From: a virus
Length of the DNA: 64,000 bases
IMG/VR virus record: IMGVR_UViG_3300028384_000675
Span: 28,947-92,946 of that record
Strand: one strand, 5' to 3'
Under the pieces are notes generated by a model. The model did not search any database. It saw only the letters and a program-made list of their open reading frames with translations, and was not told where the DNA came from. Within the stretch, counting starts at the first letter, position 1; every line of letters begins with the position of its first letter. The position numbers and the translations under genes were made by a program. Positions 20,701 to 27,900 of the stretch are shown piece by piece.

Positions 20701-22550
20701 GAAACGAGTTGCCTTACATCGCTGTCGACTTCATTAAGATAGTTGACGATTTCAGTCAACGAGTCTATAGCAGCAGGATCTGTGTTGGTTATGACGTTAT
20801 TAATCTTGTCTTCGATACGCTGTTCTTCACCCTTTGCGCGCAGTTCTTCTGCGTCAATCTGTGCTCGTAGGTCAGAGTCTGCTGCGATTCTAGCAGAGTT
20901 TTCGATACCGACAGTGTTCGCTGCTTGCTGTATAGCATAGTCTCGTGCCGAGTCAATTCTTTCTACAACAGTGTTACCAGAAGTACCATCAATTGATGCG
21001 TCACCAATGAGTAGCGTGTCATGCGCCTTCGCGCTCGCGAGTGTATCCGAGTCGCCCTGATTAATTAAATCTGTCAAATCTTGGCGTAATGATTGCTCAT
21101 CAGCAAGACGAGAGGTTCTTTCGGAATCAAGCGAACTGGTTAGTTCTGACAGCGCATCGATACGTGCTGAGATTTCTGAATCAAGTCCAGTTTGTATATT
21201 TTCATTGTCATCAATTCTATCCGATCGTTCAGAGTCAAGTAAATCGAGCAGGTCTTCGATTGCATCAAGGCGGTTTGATGTTTCTGAATCAACTTTAGAA
21301 GAGAGATTAGAAATAGCAAGGGAAAGTGCTCTCGCTTCTGAGTCAAGGTTGCTTTGTACCGCAGCGTCACCTAAAATCCTTGCGCCGCGCTCAGAGTCGA
21401 TTAAACCTAAAAGATCAGCATCTGCTTGTATTCTATCTGCACGTTCTGAATCTAAGTTTGAGGACGCGCCTTGAATTGAGTTAATTCTGTCAAATCTTTC
21501 TGAGTCGAGTTCTGCCAATAAGTCTTCTATCGCATCGAAGCGATCTTCTTTTTCAGAATCCAGTTGCGCCAGTATGCTTTCGATTGCGTCAAGACGATCA
21601 TCTTTTTCTGAGTCAAGTCGCGAGATAAGGTCATTGATTGCTGCGAAACGATCGCTCTTCTCTGAGTCGAGATCGCCAGAAAGTGCACTAAGTGCATCTA
21701 TTCTAGCATTCGTTTCTGCTGTCAAATCAGAATCAAGGTTGGCGTCACCCTGTTGCCTTGCTGCTATTTCTATTTGTAACGCAGAGTCAAGGGAAAGGAT
21801 TGCTTCTTCGTTGGTTGAAACTCGATTAGTAAGCAACCCGAGATTGATATTTGTAAGATCAATTCTAGATGACAGATCAGTGTCAAGCGAAGCAACTGTA
21901 TTGGTGAGCGTTGTAATACCACCCTCGGCAACTCCCATACGAGAATTTAAATTGCTCAACGTTGAATTATTGTTGCCAATATCTCTGTTAACGTCAATCT
22001 TAAATTGATCAAACTCACCTTCTAATGATTCGAGGTTGTCGCTGTCAATGTTTAATCGTTCTACAAGAGGAAGGGTCGCTGTCGCAATTACATCGTTAAT
22101 AAATGCAGAGTCTTTTGAATAGATATCGTATCGCAGACCTTCGATTTTATCATTAAGTGCACCAACACCCATCTCTGCCATGGTGTCGACAACATAACCT
22201 CGGATCGCACCAGAGGTAGGAATCGTAGAGTCGAGCGTTAGAAAATCGTCAGCATTATCTACAATGCCATTTACTGTAACTTGTGTGACGTGATCGCGTA
22301 ATTTACCAAAACTTAATTCACCTGTCGCACGAACGTCTCCACCAACCTCAATATCATTATTGACGATCAGGTCTTGACTAACAACCGCATCATTACCGAC
22401 ATCGGTAACGTTCTTAACAGTGTCAGCAAATAAATTTTCCTTTCTTACTTTCTTGGTTCTGCCACCGTCGCTTGCATCGTTGACAATCAGGGTGTCTTTA
22501 TCACCAACCTGATCCAATTCTTGTAATTGCGATATTTTTACGTCTGTCAT
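11763..22550 (-). CDS. Giant tail fibre (3595 aa) with a C-terminal peptidase S74 intramolecular chaperone
   Basis: About 1500 aa of coiled coil, then many beta repeats ending in LDGRY. C-terminus SDEKLKENI...LRGVEFTWK...GVIAQDVEKVLP...VNY...IEAIKEQQEQIE is an S74 domain. Confidence 0.88.
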   Translation of the reverse strand: MTDVKISQLQELDQVGDKDTLIVNDASDGGRTKKVRKENLFADTVKNVTDVGNDAVVSQDLIVNNDIEVGGDVRATGELSFGKLRDHVTQVTVNGIVDNADDFLTLDSTIPTSGAIRGYVVDTMAEMGVGALNDKIEGLRYDIYSKDSAFINDVIATATLPLVERLNIDSDNLESLEGEFDQFKIDVNRDIGNNNSTLSNLNSRMGVAEGGITTLTNTVASLDTDLSSRIDLTNINLGLLTNRVSTNEEAILSLDSALQIEIAARQQGDANLDSDLTAETNARIDALSALSGDLDSEKSDRFAAINDLISRLDSEKDDRLDAIESILAQLDSEKEDRFDAIEDLLAELDSERFDRINSIQGASSNLDSERADRIQADADLLGLIDSERGARILGDAAVQSNLDSEARALSLAISNLSSKVDSETSNRLDAIEDLLDLLDSERSDRIDDNENIQTGLDSEISARIDALSELTSSLDSERTSRLADEQSLRQDLTDLINQGDSDTLASAKAHDTLLIGDASIDGTSGNTVVERIDSARDYAIQQAANTVGIENSARIAADSDLRAQIDAEELRAKGEEQRIEDKINNVITNTDPAAIDSLTEIVNYLNEVDSDVRQLVSSNTTRVSDETSERLAGDSALGVRIDQEIAARRAADSDLQDAINTSVNTEASLRSAADSDINARIDQEVLNRLSVGEDLQGNIDSAREELIDRIEQEESLRAVGDSATLSAARLYTRQRDALMIGDATVDGTAGNTITSRIATAKQEANTYTDNEIIGLRSGEVTSLTARMDSAESRLDDAETAIDSATARLSNINKTLSDLIDSESQRAIGIEGNLQSQIDSGLGRTLNLESDLTSMIDSETQRAIRVEGNLQSQIDSATLRLTNINQTLDGLIDSEMNRALDAESELRGLIDSELSRAIDAERFLRDLIDSSLSLSINADSDIRLDIDANTAAIDSEITRAIRVDGELQDLIDSASLRLTNINQTLSDLIDSEMTRALAVEGSLQSQIDSGLSRTLNLESDLLSRIDSNSTSIADEIARAIEAEGDLQDLIDSESTRVTDINKALSDLIDSETRRAIDVETRLQSQIDSGLERSVTLESDLLGRIDSNATSIAEEIGRAILAEEGLQDAIDSATTRLTNINRTLSDLIDSEMTRAQGVEARLQSQIDSGLERSVNLESDLLSRIDSNSTSIADEITRAILAEGDLQSGIDSATSRLTNINKTLSDLIDSEMNRALDVEKDLQSQIDSGLSRSINLEADLTSMIDSNATDIRANNILIDQEIARAILRDSELSTAITQEAETRYDADSALQINIDAVNRRVDGLLDSAPGDLDTILEIIEAFRDADSDLKTLIENNSSILSTLNTDVGTLQGEMDDAEDILDDLQPRMDSAENRLDSLEGRTSVGESDVADLQSRLGSGPLDTVNQVIIPSINELHGEHDLVEGRMTAAESDIAANALYNLTAFDSVISRIEITEDRLDSNSAVLVDVLGDIVSLQLADSALGTRILGNDDDIASLDLRVDGNDSDIDAIRTTIQDIKGGKQVLRETNPLTVSDDTITLHLADDTSVSVTVNDNFLTGISLNPTTGVLTGFRRDGQTVATGFDSRYVHNQSSQALRSVNPITVDNDTITLHLADGNTAQVTVDDSDVNNFVNNLTFNSSDGVLTASRSGLPDLNVTLDGRYQPTGNYVTTNSAQALDPTNPITVLNDTITLNLADGNSVQVTVNDNYLTGVGFNTTTGLLTAYRNDAGLVTISLDGRYVEQTSAQALHPTNALEVNDDTITLYKADGTFESHSIIDAIGTDYFITGLSFNTSSGTLIGSRNDGNTVSTNFDGRYVNQNSVQALRANTPLTISGDTITLHRADGTSISVDIDDEFYPDDQTLSWNASSGELTISDGNTVDIDGRYTQTTSAQVLRSTNAIAVNNDTITIYKGDGTSESVTISDANTNTYITSLALSTDGELTIGRNDGGSFTVDLESHFVDKAGPQALHPTDALRSSGDTIYLYKGDGTREAVTIVDNNDFITGASFTGGTLSLTGSGSAGASVSLDGRYQPVGNYVTTTSAQALHPTNALEVNDDTITINKADGTSESHDISDALGTDYFITGLSFNTSNGVLTGTRNDGNSVTAGLDGRYDNYSNWKLTDGSSTESISSGETITVSGGDNVTTTLSTSTNTLEISAENDFVTGASFSNGTLSLTGTGDAGASVSLDGRYVEQTSPQALRATNPLTVNNDTITLHLADGTTDEVTISDANTNFYINAATFNGGTLSLTGVGAAGASVNLDGRYVPNDGVQALHSTDALRISGDTIYLYKGNGTYESVTFDDEHYHYQNLSFSGGHSGTGVLSISNGNSVDLDGRYVHQTSSQALPVGAALAVNNDTITLTRADGTVESVTISDANTNTYTTSFVFNDVNGVLSIGRNDGGNFSVDLDDRYVHSQSPQLLRTTNPLTVSGDTITLHMADGSTDAVTIDDDFFPNQNLSWNGANGQISISGGNTIDIDGRYQPAGDYVTTSHVQALHPTDALQVNNDTITLKRADGTTESVTISDAIGTDYFVTGISFNTGNGVLTANRNDGQTLTTDFDGRYVEQTSPQALRASNALTVSDDTITIHKGDGTSESVTISDYFEYDDQTLSWNGTTGKLTISDGNTVDLDGRYLLQGTYDNYVSWSLSDGSTSQEVTSLDLIKVVGGTNVTTSLNTTDNQLTISATDTNNYLSSVSWNASTDEITFGRNGLSSLSVDLGLAERFDKYDRWKISDGTNHEYIYSNDTLKVVGSGDVSTTYTASTNTLSIGSTNTYVDGASFNSSNDVLTLSRHSMSDVTVDLGLTERFDKYTSWTITDGTHDEAVTSGQSVKFEGAGAASTTYYAASNTLRITSTDTNDFITGASFSTGTGILSLTGTGGAGASVDLDGRYLLQGTYDNYVSWNLKNGSTTEAVTSGETIEFAGSGASSVSYNATSKKVTISSTDTNNYVNSASFSGGVLALGGVGAAGASVSLDGRYQLAGSYDNYNHWKVKVGSNNTDNIYSGNTLKFLSGGATSLGYNAETNTVTISSTDTNTDTNYYVDGASFNDTNGILTLSRAGLGDVTVDLDGRYATSNTDTTYDLYASTSANIDGAAITLDPSTGTSDQVWLKGGNNVSVSRVSSNQINIASTDTNNYVSSASYSAGSGKLTLHRAGLSSIDVTIGSNSNNYLDGASFNTGNGELTLSRSGGMSNVVVDLDGRYSTTDTNTTYSQATSSTLGLVKIGYNENGQNYPVELSNGQMYVNVPWTDTNTDTNTNRLTTFTVEDGDGTAVTMSHGKRFKFVEAAASVSGSSNYINMNWVDTSPGSTGDPYDLAISHNKTDRTNTTNSTSPGYSGSFTVVDNITTNPEGHITAVNTKTVSLPAAASGGSTDYINAASFNTGSGVLSLTGTGSAGASVDLDGRYYIRGDHIDLNDDKKVQFGTGDDYEISFDGSHLYIHQNQVSTNDIYISDVANANKFFFNVSTGDFHADGDIIAYSNSVSDEKLKENITVVENAVDKVQQLRGVEFTWKKDGEKSAGVIAQDVEKVLPQAVKEKDIMGEGEVVKTVNYDTMSALFIEAIKEQQEQIEALKAEIKALKG

Positions 22551-22585
22551 CTTAAACTGATCCTGGTGAGTAGTTATACAAGATC

Positions 22586-22593
22586 TATTTATA
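22586..22593 (-). promoter_or_regulatory. Late promoter TATAAATA for the giant fibre
   Basis: Exact consensus just downstream of a terminator. Confidence 0.8.
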
Positions 22594-22605
22594 AGATATT
22601 GAAAT

Positions 22606-22632
22606 AAAAAAAGGGGACCGAAGTCCCCTTTT
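22606..22632 (-). terminator. Rho-independent terminator with a cUUCGg tetraloop
   Basis: Minus strand reads AAAAGGGGAC-TTCG-GTCCCCTTTTTTT. Confidence 0.9.
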
Positions 22633-22655
22633 AGATTATCAATAGTGATGCCGGT

Positions 22656-23945
22656 TTAGAACTTGAGATAGCACATTACGATCTCATGACTTGAGTTAGA
22701 AGTTCTATTTTTTACGCCCACCATACCGATGACCGACTCACTAACCTTATAGAAAGACTCAGGTTGTGTTGTCATTGGTGTTACGCTCGGTGTACTGAAT
22801 GTTACAGTGCCAGAAGTGGCAGGAGAGCAGATTAGAGTGTTGCCCGAACCTGGTTTTAATACTCGGATTCTATAATTATATGGATTCCTAAATTGATCAT
22901 CAGACCATTGATCGGTGGTATTGTTAGCCCCATGATTCGAATGAATATAAACCATTGTCTTCTCATCGTCGTTACCAAGTTGATGCCATTCTAGGTAACT
23001 TGAATCGATTCTATAGTCGCGCGCTATATCATTGGCGAAACTTAGTTCTGAGGTCACATTATTACTATTAGTGCCATAACCGCGTACATATCCAACCCCT
23101 TCACCGACCATATACCAGTCGGACGTCGAGTATGCAATAGGCAGTGAATTCACCAGATCTGCCAAATCAGCATCCTGAGGTGATCCACCGGTTCTCGCCA
23201 TCACATCGTATACTTGACTTCCGGAGAAATTGCTACGGAAAATCATATACCCATTCGAGCTGCTGACTGAGCTGTTGGAGTTCAAGTAATAGGTTATAAA
23301 GAATTGTCCTGGCGTAGATTTAACTTCTTTCATACTTACCCAACCGTAAATTCTGTTGTTAGTTTCCATAAATTGTCCTGAACCAGGAACACTCATGGCG
23401 GTAACAGACATATTATCGCTAGTCGTACTGAATGAAATTTTATCAAGATGACAATACGTGTAACCAGTAGAAGATCTATATTCTGGCCAACCGAAGGCAA
23501 CTTGGTTCTCGGCAACTTGTTCAAACATCACACTCATATACTGCGGGGCAATAATACTAGGAATGGTGTATTCGTCATCTACCTGATACATATTGTTGTC
23601 ATCATCAGCATCAATTCGAATCGGGTACACATTGGCAGATGTGTTCGACTGAACTAAAATTGCAACTGTGTTGTCATTAAGTTTTGCGACTCGAAGTCCA
23701 TAATGTGAACTAGTAGTAGTTGTCGGCGCGATACCTGCGATAGATTGCGTTTTTTGAATTGTAATGGAAGGGGAACTTGTTCCTTCTCCGGTTACAGTGT
23801 AAAGGCAACCAAATACGTGGTTCGGATTAGTTTGAGCATAAACAACAAAATATTGACCATTGCCCATTTGACAATATCCAGCAGTCGACAGGTCAACAAT
23901 GGATCCGCCGTCAACTGGGATTGGAGTTAAAGATACTTGTGACAT
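22656..23945 (-). CDS. Hypothetical beta-rich protein (possible propeller) in its own transcription unit
   Basis: 429-aa ORF with an AAGGAG RBS, its own late promoter and a terminator. Confidence 0.7.
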   Translation of the reverse strand: MSQVSLTPIPVDGGSIVDLSTAGYCQMGNGQYFVVYAQTNPNHVFGCLYTVTGEGTSSPSITIQKTQSIAGIAPTTTTSSHYGLRVAKLNDNTVAILVQSNTSANVYPIRIDADDDNNMYQVDDEYTIPSIIAPQYMSVMFEQVAENQVAFGWPEYRSSTGYTYCHLDKISFSTTSDNMSVTAMSVPGSGQFMETNNRIYGWVSMKEVKSTPGQFFITYYLNSNSSVSSSNGYMIFRSNFSGSQVYDVMARTGGSPQDADLADLVNSLPIAYSTSDWYMVGEGVGYVRGYGTNSNNVTSELSFANDIARDYRIDSSYLEWHQLGNDDEKTMVYIHSNHGANNTTDQWSDDQFRNPYNYRIRVLKPGSGNTLICSPATSGTVTFSTPSVTPMTTQPESFYKVSESVIGMVGVKNRTSNSSHEIVMCYLKF

Positions 23946-23970
23946 TTGCTGTCTCCTTAAAGGTTTTGTT

Positions 23971-23978
23971 TATTTATA
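23971..23978 (-). promoter_or_regulatory. Late promoter TATAAATA
   Basis: Exact consensus about 25 nt upstream of the ATG at 23945. Confidence 0.8.
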
Positions 23979-24010
23979 GTTTTTTCGTTGTTACGCTGGA
24001 ACTAATCCAG

Positions 24011-24937
24011 TTAGTCAATAATAGTGAATGTTCCACCCATATTTTGATGCAATTGGCACTTATACTCATAACTTACACCCGACACTGGGGTGAATGAGAC
24101 ACTACCAGTTTCCGTTGGATCAGCAATGAGGACATTATTATCGTCAACGATCATAAACGGATGACCAGAAGTGTTTACATTAAACGTATATTCTGTTCCA
24201 GAAGTAAGGTCTAGTGATGGAGCTTCCACACCATTCAAATAGAACTTACCGTTAGAAACTGTCACGTTAAATGTCGTAACTTCTGGTTCTGGATCAGGTG
24301 CCGATTCAACCGTAAAGTCAGAAGTCGTTGTCGTAGCATTACCATTCGCATCAGTCGCAGTAAATCTCATTGAGAACGAAGTCGCTTCACTTCCTGGTGT
24401 TACTGTGAATACATTATCAGACTGGGATACTGTAGCGCCGTTGAGTGCGGAAGAAGCAGAAATTGCAGTAACTGAAACACCGAATTGATCGCCCCCAGAA
24501 CCATCAAACGCAGTTAGTTTGGTTGGTTGAGCAGATAGATTGTTTGCGTCATAGACGTAGACTGAACCAGTGTAAGAATCGTCATAATACGCACCAACGA
24601 CGATCTTATCAGCAGTAGCAGCAACTGATATACCGAACTGATCGCTAGCAGCGCCATCAAACGCTGTTAGTTTAGTCGGTTGAGCAGATAGATTGTTGGC
24701 ATCATAGACATAAACTGAACCCTTAGTGTCGTCACCATATGCACCAACAACGATCTTATCACTAGAAGCAGCAACTGAGTGTCCAAAGAGATCATTCGCA
24801 GCACCATCAAATGCTGTTAGTTTCGTTGGTGTTGCAGATAGATTGTTGGCGTCAAAGACATAGACTGAACCAGATTGAGTTCCATTGTCATCGTCAGCTT
24901 GTGCGCCAACAATGATCTTGTCAGCAGTAGCAGCAAC
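24011..24937 (-). pseudogene. In-frame 3' remainder of the giant FG-GAP gene beyond TAG-TAA: last blades, half Ig domain and cupredoxin-like domain
   Basis: After FG-TAG-TAA the same frame continues VAATADKIIVGAQADDDNGTQSGSVYVFDANNL... without stops into ORF 24011..24370 (36406-24370 = 12036, divisible by 3). Confidence 0.85.
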
Positions 24938-24940
24938 TTA

Positions 24941-27900
24941 CTAACCGAAGGAATCAAAAGAAGCACCATCAAACGCAGTTAGTTTAGTCGGTTGAGCAGA
25001 TAGGTCATTGGCGTCATAAACATAGACTGAACCATTGAAATCGTCACCATTTGCACCAACGACGATCTTGTCGGAAGAAGTAGTAATTGAATATCCGAAT
25101 TTATCATTCGCAGCGCCATCAAATGCAGTTAGTTTAGTTGGTTGAGCGGATAGATTGTTGATGTCATAGACATAGACTGAACCAGTGTAAGAATCTTCGC
25201 CGTATGCACCAACAATGATCTTATCAGCAGCAGTAGCAATTGAGATGCCGAAGAAATCGCCCGCAGCACCATCAAATGCTGTTAGTTTAGTTGGTGTTGC
25301 AGATAAATTATTGGCGTCATAGACGTAGACTGAACCAGACTGAGATCCATTGTCATCATCTAGGCGTGCACCAACAATAATCTTATCAGCAGTAGCAAAA
25401 ACATTCTCTCCGAAGCAATCACCTGCAGCAGCATCAAACGCTGTTAGTTTCGTTGGTGTTGCAGACAGATTGTTGGCGTCATAGACATACACTGAACCGG
25501 AACTAGATCCATTGTCGCCGTCACCCCATGCACCAACAACGACATAACTTGATCCTGACGCTACTTCCTCATAAGACCATGTAATCGCATCGCCTTCTGG
25601 ATCAGTACCAACTGCAGTAATTGCTGTTCCGCTTCCACCTGCTGTCAGCAGATATGAAGACTCAATACCAGTCACCGATGGTGCTTGGTTGACATATGTA
25701 AAGTCAAAGTCAGATGACACTGACGTTACATTACCTTCTGAGTCAGTCGCCTTAAAGGTCAACTGGAAGTCAGCGTCCTGTTGACCAGGAGTTACTGTGA
25801 ACACGTTATCAGATTGCGCAACGGTTACATCACCGAGTGGACTAGGTGCAACAGATCCAACTGCGTTAAATCCAAAGCTAATGCTAGTACCAGTTCCCGC
25901 AGGTGGATTTACTAATTCTGGTGCTGCCGATAAATCGCTCAGGATGTAAACATACATACCACCAGTACTCGCGTCTTTTCTGTGAGCAGAAGAATATAAC
26001 TTATCGCCAATTATGGTTGTGTTATATCCTAGCATTGCACCTGTTGCTGGAGATTCCAATACTGTCGGAGCAGCAGAAAGGTTGTTTATGTTATAAACAT
26101 AAATAGCACCTGCTGATGAGTTTCTTTGGTGTGCCCCGACGAAAAGTTTATCTTCGTGTGGAAGAACAGACATACCAAAGTAATCTCCTTCAGCAGCATC
26201 GAATGCTACAAGTTTCTCAACAAAGGATAAGTCGCTTTCGTTGTACACGTATACAGCACCACCACTAGTACCGTTCGAATTATGGTCCGCAGTCACAGCA
26301 GAAATATAGATCTTACCCCCATAAGTTTTTATTGAGTATCCGCCAAATCTGTCAGACTCAGACGCATCTGGCGCAGTTAATTTCTGTACGAATGCATAAG
26401 TATTGACATCGTAAACATAAACTGCTCCAGCATCAGTACTATTGTCGTCGTCTCCCATCGATCCAATCAAGATATGATTAGATGTTACTGTTATACCTCC
26501 GCCAAGTCCAAAATAGTCGCGATGATCGCCGTTGGTAGGAGTTAATGTTGCCTGAAGCGAAAGGTCAGATTTGTTGTAGATATAGACTTTTCCGGTATAA
26601 TCATCATTACTGTTCGTTGTTGGTCCCCATCCATATGCTCCAATGATCAATAAGTCGTCAGTGACGGAAATTCCGCTTCCGAATCGAAGGTTATTCTGCG
26701 CTTCGCCAGTAAGCATGGTCGGCGCGGCAGAAAGGTCGCTTCTATCGTAAATATAAACCGCTCCGCCCCAGGTTTCATCCGATTCATCTGACATCATCTC
26801 ACCTATGTAGATTTTGTCGGAATCAATTTCCATTGAAAATCCAAATCGTTCTGCTGATGAACCGTTCGGCGCAGTAAGCAATGTTGGTTCCTCTGTCAAA
26901 TCAGTTGGATTATATACATACACATAACCCTGATAACTATTAGATTGTATCGCAGAAACAAATAACTGATCTTGTGACGTGGATGACACTGCCTCATACG
27001 ACCATGTAACCGTGTCACCTTCTGGGTCAGTTGCCGCAGCAGTGATCACAGTGCCCTGACCTTGAGTCAGAGTATATGTTGAGTCAATACCAGTCACCGA
27101 TGGTGCTTGGTTAACATAGGTCAACGAGAAGTCTGCATCTCTGGTATCCGTATTTCCTGCTGTATCAGTGAGGGTGAATCGTATCGTGAAGTTTGCATCA
27201 GCAGTTCCTGGTGTTACTGTGAATTCGCCGCCATTTTGCGTTATAGCAGTTCCGTTCAAACCAGAAGGAACGCCTCCGTTCAAGACTTCTGCAAACGACC
27301 AAGTAACAGCGTCGCCGTCAGCGTCAGATGACATACCAACGATCACCTCGTCTACACCCTGAGTCAGCGTATACACAGATTCAATACCTGTGATCACTGG
27401 CGCAGCATTATAGTCAAAGGTGATGTCAGAGGTCGCAGTAGTCGCTGCACCGTTTGTATCAGTTGCCGTAAAGGTCAACTGGAAGGTAGCATCTTGATCC
27501 CCAGGAGTGATTGTGAACACGTTACCCGCCTGAGTTACTGTTGTACCTGAAAGGTCGCCAGAAGTTACTGCGTAAGTCAACGAAACAGTATCACCGTCAG
27601 AGTCTGAAGTTGTTACTGTGATCTCAGTATCTTGACCTTGATCCAGCGTATACGAAGAATCAACGCCAGTTATTGATGGCGCGTCATTATAGTCTAGTGT
27701 AAACTCAGAATCGAAGTTTGTCTGGTTTCCTGACTCATCAGTTGCAGTAAAGCGCAACGTGAAGTTAGCATCCTGTTGTCCAGGAGTTACTGTGAAGTCA
27801 TTACCGTTCTGCGTTACAGTAGTTCCGTTCATACCAGAAGGAACACCCTCGCCTAGAACTTCTTCGTAACTCATAGTAACTGTTTCGCCTTCGGCATCAG

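Noticed and set aside
24011-24370. Independent 119-aa gene
   Set aside because: It starts in the middle of an Ig-like domain and is in frame with the giant gene, so I treat it as that gene's 3' end, although a restart cannot be excluded.
24938-24943. Genome-wide stop-codon reassignment (TAG read as sense)
   Set aside because: TAG is followed immediately by TAA, TAG terminates gp15 and gp25 at sensible positions, and no other gene shows internal stops.
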